NCBI GenBank assembly: GCA_018222985.1
Contig: JAAEZG010000010.1
Location: 16,822-80,821, forward strand
Length of the DNA stretch: 64,000 nucleotides
Reading direction: 5' to 3'
Origin: Gammaproteobacteria bacterium
GTDB taxonomy: Bacteria; Pseudomonadota; Gammaproteobacteria; Enterobacterales; Alteromonadaceae
Part shown: positions 23,036 through 33,573 of the stretch, one piece after another
Numbering within the stretch: position 1 is the stretch's first letter
How the letters are laid out: each line of letters begins with the position of its first letter
The notes under the pieces: generated by a model
Seen by the model: only the letters and a program-made list of their open reading frames with translations
What the model was told of the DNA's origin: nothing
The model's database searches: none
Translations under genes and position numbers: made by a program

Positions 23036-24047
23036 AAAGTTACAAAAAGTATTAGCCCGATCAGGTCACGGTTCGCGCCGTGAATTGGAAGCCATGATTG
23101 CCGCTGGCCGTGTCAGCGTCAATGGCCAAGTAGCCACCTTAGGTGAGCGCATAGAATCGAACGCGACGGTTCGTATTGATGGCCGCGAAGTGAGTATTAA
23201 GCAGCCAGAAGACGTGGTGTGTCGCGTACTGATGTATCACAAGCCTGAGGGCGAACTCTGTACTCGTAGAGACCCAGAAGGGCGCCCGACCGTTTATGAC
23301 CGCTTACCTCGTGTGCAGGGCACCCGTTGGGTTGCTGTGGGGCGTCTTGACGTAAATACTTCAGGGCTACTGTTATTTACCACAGACGGTGAATTAGCGA
23401 ATCGACTGATGCACCCAGGCCACGAAATTGAGCGTGAATATTCGGTGCGCGTGTTTGGTGAAGTAACCGACGCCATGATGCGTAAACTCAAGCAGGGCGT
23501 GCAATTAGAAGACGGCCCAGCAAACTTCAAGGAAATAAAACGCGGTGGCGGTGAAGGCATGAACCAATGGTTTCGTGTGGTGCTTACCGAAGGCCGTAAT
23601 CGCGAAGTTCGTCGCTTATGGGAATCTCAAGGCGTGCAAGTAAGCCGCTTGATTCGTGTGCGATATGGCAACATAAAATTAGAGCAAGGCTTGCCACAAA
23701 GCGGTTGGGGCGAATTGTCGTTAAAGGACATTAACTACCTGCGCGCTTTAGTTGAGTTACCAGAAGAAACACGTACCTTTATTGACCCGCGCCAAGGCGA
23801 GTCTCGTCAAAAGCGTTACTCTCGGGCGCGCCGAGCCCATGCTCAAAAACTGCAGCAGCGCGGTCAAGCTCCGGCACAACGTCAAGATACAACCGCTGAA
23901 GCGAAACCTAAAGCGGGTGGCAAAGGTCAGGAGCGCAGAGGTGCAGGCCGAAATGCTCGAAATACCGATGCCGAGCTTGATAACAAGCCTCGCAAGCCGA
24001 AGCCTAAACAACGTATTGCGACTGGGAAAAAACGCACACGGCAATGA
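23028..24047 (+). CDS. rluB: 23S rRNA pseudouridine(2605) synthase
   Basis: [18 protein letters not shown]4 domain; [12 protein letters not shown]; basic disordered tail. Confidence 0.96.
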   Translation: MSEKLQKVLARSGHGSRRELEAMIAAGRVSVNGQVATLGERIESNATVRIDGREVSIKQPEDVVCRVLMYHKPEGELCTRRDPEGRPTVYDRLPRVQGTRWVAVGRLDVNTSGLLLFTTDGELANRLMHPGHEIEREYSVRVFGEVTDAMMRKLKQGVQLEDGPANFKEIKRGGGEGMNQWFRVVLTEGRNREVRRLWESQGVQVSRLIRVRYGNIKLEQGLPQSGWGELSLKDINYLRALVELPEETRTFIDPRQGESRQKRYSRARRAHAQKLQQRGQAPAQRQDTTAEAKPKAGGKGQERRGAGRNARNTDAELDNKPRKPKPKQRIATGKKRTRQ

Positions 24048-25093
24048 GTCTGTTAGCTGATTGGCAATTATTCGGCCCGCTACTAGCTTTATGGCCATTT
24101 CGCGATGATGTATGGCGCGATAATGGCCGTCCTGCTCAGCAGCAATTAATGTCGCTAGCAGCTCGGTTGCAAGACAACACAAGCAATCAACAGCTGCTAT
24201 TTGGCGTTCACCCCAATATTCCATGCGAACCTGTCAGTCAACAACCCTTGCTGCAAATACGTTACAACGATGCCTGGCCGCGCGACATTGGGCCACTATG
24301 GGTGCGCGAGAGTAACCGATTGGTTGGTCATGGCTTTAAGTTTTCCGCATGGCATGGCCTATACACAGACACGCAGGACGATCAAGCTTTTGCTGCGCAG
24401 CTTTGTCAGCAGTTGGGCGTTGCCTTTAGAGAGCACTCGAATTTGGTGCTTGAAGGGGGGGCGATAAGCACCGATGGTGCCGGCGTGGCAGTTGTTCACG
24501 GCGTTAGTGTTATGCGCAATAATCCGCAGTGGACACGCAGCGACATTGAAAAATATTTAATTCAGCATTTGAAATTAAGCCATGTGTATTGGCTAGACTT
24601 TGCGCATCCTGCGGACGAAACAGGTGGGCATACTGACAATCAGGTGCAGTTTCTGGCTGCAGATATCGTCGTCTGTGCTATGCCCATTCCAACTAGTGCG
24701 CTATTTGAGCGCTATCAACGCCAACTTAATGCCATAAAGTCATGGCGCAATGCCAAGGGCCAGCCCTACAAAGTTGTTGTGTTGCCTCAACCTGAAGCCA
24801 TAACGCCTAATGCGGCGGAATACCAGAGTGTGCGCGCAGTGCCCGGAGTATTTCCGCGTGGTCAGCACGCCTTGCTAGCAAGTTACGTGAACTTAGTGCG
24901 TAGGGCTAACTACGTGTTATTGCCCCAATTTCAACTTGTCGAAGACACCGAAGCTTTAGCAACGCTACGCGCAGCATTACCGTCAGTTACGGTTATTCCC
25001 GTACACGCCGATGAGTTTATTAAAGCGGGCGGCGCCATACATTGTATGACGCTGGGCTTGCCGAATACCGATTATTGCGGCGCAATAGCATAA
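24044..25093 (+). CDS. Agmatine/peptidylarginine deiminase family protein
   Basis: [26 protein letters not shown] (catalytic Cys). Confidence 0.9.
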   Translation: MSLLADWQLFGPLLALWPFRDDVWRDNGRPAQQQLMSLAARLQDNTSNQQLLFGVHPNIPCEPVSQQPLLQIRYNDAWPRDIGPLWVRESNRLVGHGFKFSAWHGLYTDTQDDQAFAAQLCQQLGVAFREHSNLVLEGGAISTDGAGVAVVHGVSVMRNNPQWTRSDIEKYLIQHLKLSHVYWLDFAHPADETGGHTDNQVQFLAADIVVCAMPIPTSALFERYQRQLNAIKSWRNAKGQPYKVVVLPQPEAITPNAAEYQSVRAVPGVFPRGQHALLASYVNLVRRANYVLLPQFQLVEDTEALATLRAALPSVTVIPVHADEFIKAGGAIHCMTLGLPNTDYCGAIA

Positions 25094-25761
25094 GTTAATG
25101 ACACCTGCGCGCGAATGGCTTGGGTGCCGGGTAAGCTAACTTGATCGGCTTGCCGAAAGCGCGCCGACTCAAATGCTAAGGCTTTAGGTGCCTGACTCAT
25201 TTCTTGTATTTGTGAAACGGCGACAATTTTCACCCCTGCTGCGGCCGCTAACAACTCGGCTTTAGCGCGAGCATTTTTCACGGCCTGTTGCAAAACGTCG
25301 TTATACAATAAGTCGGGTTCGCTGACTAAAAACTGAGCTTGGCTAATTTCGGTAACGCCAGAGGCGAGGGCATGATCAAGAATGATGTCGTAAATAGCCA
25401 GGTCTGTTAACTGAATTTGAATAGCGCGCGACACGTTAAAACCGCGCTGAATTCGTTGTCCTTCTTGGTAATCATAAACGGGTGCAGCGCTAAGCCGGTA
25501 TGAGGTAATTGCCTGCTCCGGAATGTCTTGCTTGCGCAAGAACATAATGACTTCAGAGGTTTGTTGATCAACGCGAGCTTTCAGGGCGACCAGATCATCA
25601 CCAGACTGACTTACGTTGAGTGTTAATTGAGCTTGGTCTGGTTGGTGAAATGTTTCGGCTTCAGCTTGCACAGTGATTGTATTGGGTGTGTTGGTGGCAG
25701 GTTGGCAAGCTGCTAACATGGTGAACGACATGACAGCAATCAATGTAAAGCGATAAAACAT
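25072..25761 (-). CDS. SIMPL (DUF541) domain lipoprotein
   Basis: LAAC lipobox; ITVQAEAE..HQPDQA, AVKNARAKAELLA; start at MFYRF. Confidence 0.88.
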   Translation of the reverse strand: MFYRFTLIAVMSFTMLAACQPATNTPNTITVQAEAETFHQPDQAQLTLNVSQSGDDLVALKARVDQQTSEVIMFLRKQDIPEQAITSYRLSAAPVYDYQEGQRIQRGFNVSRAIQIQLTDLAIYDIILDHALASGVTEISQAQFLVSEPDLLYNDVLQQAVKNARAKAELLAAAAGVKIVAVSQIQEMSQAPKALAFESARFRQADQVSLPGTQAIRAQVSLTYAIAPQ

Positions 25762-25807
25762 AACGATTCCTTTTAATGATCGATAATTACAGGCAAGTAT
25801 AGACGCT

Positions 25808-26314
25808 ATGAAACCGTCCATTGACCAGACCGACGAGCAAAATGACGATCGCAGTAATGACGCCCAACAAGCCGAAGAAGTGTTAGTTCGGCTTATGGCG
25901 CGCCGCGAGCACTCTGCCCAAGAGCTCAGACAAAAGCTTAAGCAACGAGGGTTCGACCACAATGTTGTCGAGTTAGTTCTAGAAAAAGCACAGCAGCAAG
26001 GTTGGCAATCGGACCAACGCTTTGCCCAAGTATGGGTGCGAACCTGTATTGCTCGTGGTGACGGGGCTCGTAAAATTAATGCTCAAGCGCAACAAAAAGG
26101 CTTATCGAGTGAACTCATTCAGCAAGCGCTTGCTGCCGAGCAGCCCAACTGGAGCGATGCTTGTTTTGAGCGCTTACTGCGTAAATTTGGTGAACAGCCG
26201 CCACAGGATCAAAAACAACGCGATAAAATCATGCGCCATTTGTTGCAGCGCGGGTTTTCGTTTGACGAAATAAAACGTGCACTTGAACGCCAACGACAGG
26301 CCGCTGCAGACTAG
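25808..26314 (+). CDS. recX: Regulatory protein RecX
   Basis: LMARREHSAQELRQKL, WQSDQRFA, KIMRHLLQRGFS; precedes alaS. Confidence 0.93.
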   Translation: MKPSIDQTDEQNDDRSNDAQQAEEVLVRLMARREHSAQELRQKLKQRGFDHNVVELVLEKAQQQGWQSDQRFAQVWVRTCIARGDGARKINAQAQQKGLSSELIQQALAAEQPNWSDACFERLLRKFGEQPPQDQKQRDKIMRHLLQRGFSFDEIKRALERQRQAAAD

Positions 26315-26403
26315 TCGAAGCGTTTCATTCGTGGTAGCATTTTGCGCTATCTTTAGTCAAAAATTGACATCTATTAATTCCAAATTGTCACAGGAAGTAG
26401 TCC

Positions 26404-29004
26404 ATGCAAATGACCAGTGCGGAAATTCGTGAAGCGTTTCTCGCGTTCTTCGCTGATAAAGGCCATCAACGTGTCCCATCAGCTTCGTTAATTCCAGGAA
26501 ACGACCCAACGCTGCTATTTACGAACGCCGGTATGGTGCCGTTTAAAGATGTATTCTTAGGCGACGAGCACCGCGATTACATTCGGGCCACCTCTGCGCA
26601 ACGTTGTTTACGCGCAGGCGGTAAGCATAACGATTTGGAAAACGTGGGTTACACGGCTCGCCACCATACATTTTTTGAAATGCTCGGTAATTTTAGCTTT
26701 GGTGACTACTTTAAGCGTGAAGCCATTCAATATGCGTGGGAGTTTTTAACCGGCGTATTAAAGCTACCAAAAGAAAAGCTTTGGGTAACCGTATTCACTG
26801 AAGACGACGAAGCATACAACATTTGGGCCAATGAAATGGGCGTGCCCACCGATCGTATTTCCCGCATTGGCGAGAAGGACAACTTCTGGGCCATGGGAGA
26901 CACCGGCCCCTGCGGCCCATGTTCGGAAATTTTCTTCGACCATGGCGAAGACGTTTGGGGTGGGCCTCCTGGTACACCTGAAGAAGACGGCGACCGTTAC
27001 ATTGAAATTTGGAACTTGGTATTTATGCAATACAACCGTCAAGCCGACGGTACTTTGCAAGCCTTACCGAAGCCGTCAGTAGATACCGGCATGGGGTTAG
27101 AACGTATCGCGGCTGTTATGCAACACGTGCATAGCAACTATGAAATTGATCTGTTCCAAGCTTTAATTCACGATGCAGCAAAAATTATCGGCACCGATGA
27201 GCTGAATAACAAATCGTTGCGCGTTATTGCCGACCACATTCGTTCATGTAGCTTTCTCATTGCTGATGGTGTGCAGCCGTCTAACGAAGGTCGCGGATAC
27301 GTGCTACGTCGCATTATTCGTCGCGCGGTGCGCCACGGTAGCATGCTTGGCGCGAAAGGCACATTTTTCTATAAGCTAGTTGCTAGCTTAGTGACGCAAA
27401 TGGGTGCCGCTTACCCAGAGCTAAAAGCCAAGCAACAAGTTATCGAGCAAGCTTTGCAACGCGAAGAAGAACAGTTCGGTAAAACTCTAGAGCGCGGCTT
27501 AAACATTTTGAGTGATGCACTGGCCGAGCTTGAAGGTACAGTGCTGCCAGGTGAGTTGGTGTTTAAACTTTACGACACCTATGGCTTCCCAATGGACCTA
27601 ACCGCCGATATGGCGCGTGAAAAAGGCCTTACCATTGACGAAGCAGGCTTCCACCAAGCGATGGACGCTCAGCGTCAACGGGCGCAGCAGGCATCTAATT
27701 TCGGAGTCGACTACAACGAACGCTTAAAGTCTGCGCAAAAATCTAAGTTTTTGGGTTATACCGACGTGTCTGCAACCAGTGAGGTTGTTGAGTTGTTCGT
27801 TGATGGTGAAAGTGTGCAAGAACTGCCGGCAGGCGCGAAAGGTATTGTGGTTCTTACTGAAACGCCGTTCTATGCAGAAAGCGGCGGCCAGATTGGTGAT
27901 ACAGGTACCTTGGTTGCCAATGGCAACGAATTTACCGTCAGTGATACTCAGTATATTGGTAAAGCTATTGCGCATCACGGTACTGCTGCGAACGCATTAA
28001 AAGTGGGCGATAAGGTTGCTGCACATGTTGATGCGCAGCGTCGTGAAGCAGTGAAGCGTAATCACTCAGCAACGCATTTATTGCATGCGGCACTGCGTAA
28101 CCTTCTTGGTGAGCATGTCACGCAAAAAGGCTCGTTGGTTACCGCTGAACGTTTGCGTTTTGACTTTTCTCATTTTGAAGCTGTGAGCGCAGAGCAACTT
28201 GATGCCATTGAACGTCAAGTTAACGAAGAAATTTATAAAAACCATGCGGTTGAAGCTGCTGTCATGCCGATTGAAAAAGCCAAAGAAGCGGGCGCGATGG
28301 CATTGTTTGGCGAGAAATATGACGACGACGTGCGCGTATTGCGTATGGGCGACTTTTCGATGGAATTATGTGGCGGAACGCACGTCAACCAAACTGGCGA
28401 CATTGGTATGTTCCGAATTGTGTCAGAAGCAGGTATTGCTTCTGGCGTACGTCGTATTGAAGCCGTCACGGCAGCTGGTGCCGTTCAGTTTACCTTGCAA
28501 CAGCAGCAGCAATTACGTAAAGCAGCAGGTATGCTGAAAACCGACACCGCGCATGTCGCCGAAAGATTGCAGCAGCAGATTGATCGTGGTCGTCAACTTG
28601 AACGTACTATTGATGAATTGAATCAGCAAATGGCAGCACAAGCCGGCTCAAGCCTTGTTGATAATGCGATAACCATTGCTGACACCAAGGTCGTTATTGC
28701 ACAGGTGAGCAATATCGAAGCCAAAGCGTTACGCGGCATGGTTGATGACTTGAAGAACCAGTTGCAGTCAGGCATTGTGGTATTGGGCTTAGCTGTTGAT
28801 GATAAAGTGAGCTTGATTGTTGGGGTTACGAAAGACCTAACAGGGCGTGTTAAAGCTGGTGACGTGGTGAACGCAGCCGCTGCGGAAGTTGGCGGTAAGG
28901 GCGGTGGTCGCCCCGATCTGGCTCAAGCAGGCGGTAACGACGCCAGCAAACTTGATAAAGCTTTGCAAGTTGCACAAGCCAAGCTCGAAGAGTTATTAGG
29001 GTGA
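26404..29004 (+). CDS. alaS: Alanine--tRNA ligase
   Basis: [57 protein letters not shown]. Confidence 0.99.
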   Translation: MQMTSAEIREAFLAFFADKGHQRVPSASLIPGNDPTLLFTNAGMVPFKDVFLGDEHRDYIRATSAQRCLRAGGKHNDLENVGYTARHHTFFEMLGNFSFGDYFKREAIQYAWEFLTGVLKLPKEKLWVTVFTEDDEAYNIWANEMGVPTDRISRIGEKDNFWAMGDTGPCGPCSEIFFDHGEDVWGGPPGTPEEDGDRYIEIWNLVFMQYNRQADGTLQALPKPSVDTGMGLERIAAVMQHVHSNYEIDLFQALIHDAAKIIGTDELNNKSLRVIADHIRSCSFLIADGVQPSNEGRGYVLRRIIRRAVRHGSMLGAKGTFFYKLVASLVTQMGAAYPELKAKQQVIEQALQREEEQFGKTLERGLNILSDALAELEGTVLPGELVFKLYDTYGFPMDLTADMAREKGLTIDEAGFHQAMDAQRQRAQQASNFGVDYNERLKSAQKSKFLGYTDVSATSEVVELFVDGESVQELPAGAKGIVVLTETPFYAESGGQIGDTGTLVANGNEFTVSDTQYIGKAIAHHGTAANALKVGDKVAAHVDAQRREAVKRNHSATHLLHAALRNLLGEHVTQKGSLVTAERLRFDFSHFEAVSAEQLDAIERQVNEEIYKNHAVEAAVMPIEKAKEAGAMALFGEKYDDDVRVLRMGDFSMELCGGTHVNQTGDIGMFRIVSEAGIASGVRRIEAVTAAGAVQFTLQQQQQLRKAAGMLKTDTAHVAERLQQQIDRGRQLERTIDELNQQMAAQAGSSLVDNAITIADTKVVIAQVSNIEAKALRGMVDDLKNQLQSGIVVLGLAVDDKVSLIVGVTKDLTGRVKAGDVVNAAAAEVGGKGGGRPDLAQAGGNDASKLDKALQVAQAKLEELLG

Positions 29005-29211
29005 AAAAGTACGCTAATAAATTGCGGTAAGCTGCATAATGCTGCAGTTAAGAGAGCAACCTAGGCGGCTGTGTTAGCATGAATTCCTTGCTAGAATAAT
29101 CGTTTACTTGCAAAACACGATGAATAGCTATGCAAAGAGTCGTGACTCTTATAACAATTGTGATATATTCACTGTGTACTAAAAAAAACAGGCTGATGGT
29201 GCGGGGATGTT

Positions 29212-29250
29212 CTATACTGAACCGCATGGGAAACGGAAGTAGGGAAGGAG
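29212..29250 (+). promoter_or_regulatory. csrA -10 (CTATACT) and GGA-rich leader
   Basis: CTATACT at 29212-29218; GGA at 29229, 29235, 29243 and 29247. Confidence 0.55.
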
Positions 29251-29257
29251 TAGTCTC

Positions 29258-29455
29258 ATGTTGATCTTAACCCGCAGAGTGGGTGAGACCTTAATGATAG
29301 GTGATGAGGTCACAGTCACAGTACTGGGTGTTAAAGGAAACCAGGTGCGTATTGGGGTGAACGCACCAAAAAATGTTTCTGTACACCGTGAAGAAATTTA
29401 TATGCGCATTCAAGCTGAGCACCAAGACAGCGAGAAGCCAGAGAACGACAATTAA
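29258..29455 (+). CDS. csrA: Carbon storage regulator
   Basis: [38 protein letters not shown]. Confidence 0.99.
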   Translation: MLILTRRVGETLMIGDEVTVTVLGVKGNQVRIGVNAPKNVSVHREEIYMRIQAEHQDSEKPENDN

Positions 29456-29463
29456 TCTATCTC

Positions 29464-29493
29464 AAAAGCTGATCTTTTTAGGTCGGCTTTTTT
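29464..29493 (+). terminator. Terminator after csrA
   Basis: AAAAGCTGATC-TTTTTA-GGTCGGC followed by a T run. Confidence 0.75.
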
Positions 29494-29606
29494 GTTTTTT
29501 GACGTCGTCATAAATTTCAATTTAAGAGAAAATAGCGGTTTATGCCGGATTTTTGCTCGAGATGTTCAAAATTCCCACAAACGAACCGTTATTTCTAAAA
29601 AATCGT

Positions 29607-29634
29607 TTGACATATTTCTCAAGGTCGCTAGAAT
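29607..29634 (+). promoter_or_regulatory. tRNA operon sigma70 promoter
   Basis: TTGACA-N16-TAGAAT. Confidence 0.85.
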
Positions 29635-29652
29635 TCAACGCCACAAGTAAGC

Positions 29653-29745
29653 GGTGAGGTGGCCGAGAGGCTGAAGGCGCTCCCCTGCTAAGGGAGTATA
29701 GGGTTTGTAGCTCTATCGAGGGTTCGAATCCCTCCCTCACCGCCA
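29653..29745 (+). tRNA. serV: tRNA-Ser(GCT)
   Basis: 93 nt, GGTGAGG/CCTCACC acceptor stem, long variable arm, GGTTCGAATCC, encoded CCA. Confidence 0.98.
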
Positions 29746-29757
29746 TTTGTCAACAAC

Positions 29758-29834
29758 GCACTCGTAGCTCAACTGGATAGAGTACTCGGCTACGAACCGA
29801 GCGGTTGGAGGTTCGAGTCCTCCCGAGTGCGCCA
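29758..29834 (+). tRNA. tRNA-Arg(ACG)
   Basis: 77 nt, GCACTCG/CGAGTGC acceptor stem, anticodon ACG, encoded CCA. Confidence 0.98.
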
Positions 29835-29850
29835 TCTCCTTGAAAGTCAA

Positions 29851-30076
29851 AAGCGCTATCAGCTATTAGATATCTGATATCAGCGAAAATCCTGAAACAT
29901 CGAGATCGCTATCAGCTAATATCGCTCTATCTCTTTTCTAATATCCGATATCTAATAGCTAATATCGCTCTATCTCTTTTCTAATATCCAATATCTAATA
30001 GCTAATATCACTCTATCTCTTTTTCTAATATCCAATATCTAATAGCTAATATCGCTCTTGATTTTTAATATCGCTC
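29851..30076. repeat. Repeat cluster: one forward 33-bp arm plus a tandem array of 43/43/44-bp units
   Basis: Units 29914-29956, 29957-29999, 30000-30043 and partial 30044-30058 (agctaatatcgctctatctcttttctaatatccRatatctaat). Confidence 0.92.
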
Positions 30077-30170
30077 TCGCTTATACCGCCAAGAGTCCGT
30101 TTTTGAAGATGTTGTGTTATGCTGATAAGCAACTCAACTTAAATAACAAACGGATGGACGTGGACCTGTC

Positions 30171-30413
30171 ATGACTGGGCTTATATCTGAAGCATTCGCA
30201 ATTATGGTCACTGGGATGGTGACAGTATTTGTTTTTCTTACGATTTTGATCGGTGCAATGAATGTGTTACGTATCATTGCTGATAAGCCTGAGGCTGACA
30301 GCGAGCCTGGCTCAGGTGCTGCTGCATCGAGCCCGACAGCGCAACAGCTGGCAGCAATAACTGCTGCTGTGCACCAGCATCGTCGCCCCACGAATCCGCA
30401 AAACAACAAGTAA
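30171..30413 (+). CDS. oadG: Oxaloacetate decarboxylase gamma subunit
   Basis: MVTGMVTVFVFLTILI TM segment; QQLAAITAAVHQHR. Confidence 0.92.
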   Translation: MTGLISEAFAIMVTGMVTVFVFLTILIGAMNVLRIIADKPEADSEPGSGAAASSPTAQQLAAITAAVHQHRRPTNPQNNK

Positions 30414-30424
30414 GGAGCGCTTAA

Positions 30425-32215
30425 ATGTCGAACCCTCTAAAACTGACAGAACTGGTATTTCGTGATGCTCATCAGTCATTGCTAGCTACACGATTCCGTC
30501 TGGACGATATGCTGCCAATGGCAGAGAAGCTCGATAATATGGGTTACTGGTCAATGGAGTCTTGGGGCGGAGCCACATTTGATGCCTGCATTCGCTATTT
30601 GGGTGAAGACCCGTGGGAGCGCATTCGCGAAATTAAAAAGGCCATGCCGAAAACGCCTCAGCAGATGTTGTTGCGCGGGCAAAACTTGTTAGGTTATCGC
30701 CATTACGCAGACGACGTAGTGCGTCGCTTTGTTGAGCGTGCCCGTGAAAATGGCGTGGATGTGTTTCGTATTTTCGATGCGATGAACGATGTACGCAATT
30801 TAGAAACGGCGATCAAAGCAGCAAAAGACGTTGATGGCCATGCGCAAGGCACCATGTCGTACACGGTTAGCCCTGTTCATACCTTAGAAAAATGGCTTGA
30901 TATGGCGAAGCAACTGGAGCAAATGGGTTGTGATTCGCTATGTATTAAAGATATGGCTGGTTTGCTGCGCCCTGAGCCGGCGTTTGAGTTAATTTCGGCG
31001 TTAAAGAAAACCGTTGATATTCCAATTGCAATGCAGTGTCACGCCACCACAGGTTTAAGCACGGCAACTTACCAGAAAGCGATTGATGCCGGCATTGATA
31101 TGCTGGATACCGCTATTTCTTCAATGAGTATGACCTACGGCCACTCAGCCACGGAAACCATTGTCGCGATGACCGAGGGCACTTCACGTGATACTGGTCT
31201 TCAGCTAGACAAACTTGAAGAAGTGGCAAGCTACTTCCGCGACGTTCGCAAAAAATATGCGCAATTTGAAGGTTCATTAAAAGGTATCGACGCTCGTATT
31301 TTATTAGCGCAAGTACCTGGCGGCATGTTGACCAACATGGAAAACCAACTGCGTGAGCAGGGGGCGACAGACAAATTTGAGGCGGTACTCGAGGAAATTC
31401 CACGGGTACGAGAAGACCTCGGTTTTATTCCGCTGGTGACGCCAACCTCTCAAATTGTTGGCACACAAGCGGTACTAAACGTGCTTAGTGGTGAACGTTA
31501 TAAATCGATCTCTAAAGAAACGCGTGGTGTGTTGCGCGGTGAATATGGCGCTACTGCAGCTCCAGTTAACAAAGAATTGCAGCAGCAGGTGCTCGAAGGC
31601 GATGAGCCGATTACAGTTCGCCCGGCTGATTTGATTGACGATGAGCTAGATAAGCTCACGCAAGAGTTGCAAGCTAAAGCCAAAGAAGACGGCATTACTT
31701 TGGCCGAGGCCGAAATTGACGATGTGCTGACTTATGCGTTATTTCCACAAATTGGCCTGAAGTTTTTGAAAAACCGTGGTAACCCAGATGCATTTGAGCC
31801 AGCTCCGTCTGCAGATGGCGCTGTAAGCAGTGATCAAGCTTCAGCAAGCCCTTCAGAAAGCACCACACCAAGCAATGGCGAGGCGGCTGTTTACGACGTT
31901 AAAGTTGATGGCAAAGTATTTACCGTTGAAGTAGCGTCGTCAGGGCAAATTGTTTCGGCAGCGCCGGCGACAACATCAGCTCCAGCACCGACAAACGCTG
32001 AAGGCCGCGACGTGAAAGCGCCACTTGCGGGTAACGTATTCAAAGTACAAGTGAAACAAGGGCAACAAGTAAAAGCCGGCGATGTATTGATTATTCTTGA
32101 AGCCATGAAAATGGAAACTGACATCAAGGCTGAACATGATGGTACCGTTGCGCACATTCAAACCAAAGAAGGTGACAGTGTTGCGGTTGGTGATGTTCTG
32201 TTAACTTTGGAGTAA
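30425..32215 (+). CDS. oadA: Na+-translocating oxaloacetate decarboxylase alpha subunit
   Basis: [28 protein letters not shown], biotin site EAMKME. Confidence 0.97.
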   Translation: MSNPLKLTELVFRDAHQSLLATRFRLDDMLPMAEKLDNMGYWSMESWGGATFDACIRYLGEDPWERIREIKKAMPKTPQQMLLRGQNLLGYRHYADDVVRRFVERARENGVDVFRIFDAMNDVRNLETAIKAAKDVDGHAQGTMSYTVSPVHTLEKWLDMAKQLEQMGCDSLCIKDMAGLLRPEPAFELISALKKTVDIPIAMQCHATTGLSTATYQKAIDAGIDMLDTAISSMSMTYGHSATETIVAMTEGTSRDTGLQLDKLEEVASYFRDVRKKYAQFEGSLKGIDARILLAQVPGGMLTNMENQLREQGATDKFEAVLEEIPRVREDLGFIPLVTPTSQIVGTQAVLNVLSGERYKSISKETRGVLRGEYGATAAPVNKELQQQVLEGDEPITVRPADLIDDELDKLTQELQAKAKEDGITLAEAEIDDVLTYALFPQIGLKFLKNRGNPDAFEPAPSADGAVSSDQASASPSESTTPSNGEAAVYDVKVDGKVFTVEVASSGQIVSAAPATTSAPAPTNAEGRDVKAPLAGNVFKVQVKQGQQVKAGDVLIILEAMKMETDIKAEHDGTVAHIQTKEGDSVAVGDVLLTLE

Positions 32216-32219
32216 TGGC

Positions 32220-33350
32220 ATGGAGCGCTTATTAACCTTATGGGATAGCACCGCTATTGCCGCCTTTACTTGGGGTGAAGGCGTGATGATGCTGGTTGGT
32301 GCGTTGTTGCTGTACCTTGCTATTCACAAGAAATTTGAACCACTGTTATTGTTGCCGATCGGCTTTGGCGCCATATTAGCGAATATTCCGCAAGCAGGGT
32401 TTACCGATCCCGGTGGTTTGCTGTATTACGTTTACTACGTGGGTATTGAAACCGGCGTATTCCCGCTGCTGATTTTTATGGGGGTTGGTGCGATGACGGA
32501 TTTCGGTCCGTTACTGGCCAACCCACGTACGCTGCTGCTTGGCGCTGCTGCTCAGTTTGGTATTTTTGCAACATTACTGGGGGCCATTGCGTTAAATGGC
32601 TTACCAGGGTTTGACTTTACCTTAGCGGATGCCTCGGCCATTGCAATTATTGGTGGTGCAGATGGCCCAACGGCCATATTTTTGGCGTCACGGTTAAGTC
32701 CTGATTTGCTTGGGGCCATAGCGGTTGCTGCCTATTCATACATGGCCTTGGTGCCCATTATTCAGCCGCCAATTATGAAGCTGCTCACCACTGAAGCTGA
32801 ACGCAAAATTCAAATGGAACAGTTGCGCCCAGTGGCACGTAAAGAAAAAATACTCTTTCCGCTGGCGGTGCTGTTACTAACGTTATTGTTCTTACCGTCG
32901 GCAACGCCGCTGGTGGGTATGTTCTGCTTAGGCAACTTAATGCGTGAGGCCGGTGTTGTGGACCGACTGAGTAAAACCGCGCAAAACGAACTGATTAATA
33001 TCGTCACTATTTTTCTCGGTTTGGCGGTGGGTTCAAAGCTTTCTGCGTCTGAGTTTTTGTCACTGCAAACCTTAGGTATCTTGGCGCTAGGAGCCTTGGC
33101 GTTCGGTATTGGTACGGCATCTGGCGTATTAATGGCGAAGTTACTGGCTAAGTTTAGTAAGCAACCCATTAACCCGCTGATCGGTGCCGCTGGAGTTTCT
33201 GCCGTACCTATGGCTGCTCGCGTAGTTAATAAAGTTGGGCTTGAGGCGAATTCACAAAACTTTTTGCTAATGCATGCTATGGGGCCAAACGTGGCGGGTG
33301 TACTTGGCAGCGCAGTGGCTGCGGGTATTTTGCTAGCCTTGGTTGGTTAA
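32220..33350 (+). CDS. oadB: Na+-translocating decarboxylase beta subunit
   Basis: [31 protein letters not shown]. Confidence 0.97.
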   Translation: MERLLTLWDSTAIAAFTWGEGVMMLVGALLLYLAIHKKFEPLLLLPIGFGAILANIPQAGFTDPGGLLYYVYYVGIETGVFPLLIFMGVGAMTDFGPLLANPRTLLLGAAAQFGIFATLLGAIALNGLPGFDFTLADASAIAIIGGADGPTAIFLASRLSPDLLGAIAVAAYSYMALVPIIQPPIMKLLTTEAERKIQMEQLRPVARKEKILFPLAVLLLTLLFLPSATPLVGMFCLGNLMREAGVVDRLSKTAQNELINIVTIFLGLAVGSKLSASEFLSLQTLGILALGALAFGIGTASGVLMAKLLAKFSKQPINPLIGAAGVSAVPMAARVVNKVGLEANSQNFLLMHAMGPNVAGVLGSAVAAGILLALVG

Positions 33351-33362
33351 GAACGCTAACCT

Positions 33363-33389
33363 CTGGGCACTTGTTTTACAAGTGCCCAG
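33363..33389. terminator. Hairpin between convergent genes
   Basis: CTGGGCACTTGT-TTT-ACAAGTGCCCAG, perfect 12-bp stem. Confidence 0.8.
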
Positions 33390-33399
33390 TATGTTCAGG

Positions 33400-33573
33400 C
33401 TAGCGGCCAGTTAACCACAGCAACAGGGTGTAAGCCGCAGCAATAACCGCACTAAATATCGCAATATAAATAAAGCCTTTTAAGCCTTGTTTAAGGCTCC
33501 AGCCGTTTATGCGCAAGTAAACAAACCAAATGACACTGAGTAATAATGGTATTAGAAATAGAAATCGTGTCAT
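33400..33573 (-). CDS. Small two-TM membrane protein (57 aa)
   Basis: [57 protein letters not shown]; ATGA overlap with the kinase stop; AGGA SD. Confidence 0.8.
   Translation of the reverse strand: MTRFLFLIPLLLSVIWFVYLRINGWSLKQGLKGFIYIAIFSAVIAAAYTLLLWLTGR

Noticed and set aside
23752-24224. Alternative-frame ORFs over rluB and the deiminase gene
   Set aside because: They lie within well-supported genes, have atypical composition and lack an SD
25762-25962. N-terminal extension of the SIMPL ORF
   Set aside because: Overlaps recX antisense; the lipoprotein signal begins at 25761
29172-29191. LexA box (CTGT...ACAG) upstream of csrA
   Set aside because: The spacer is 12 nt rather than 8
29540-29746. 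68-aa minus-strand ORF
   Set aside because: Antisense to tRNA-Ser and its promoter
29914-30058. 43-bp array as a CRISPR array
   Set aside because: Units are near-identical along their whole length, so there are no unique spacers, and there are no cas genes in the window
29653-30170. Genomic island integrated at the tRNAs
   Set aside because: No integrase, no duplicated tRNA 3' end, and housekeeping oadGAB follows directly
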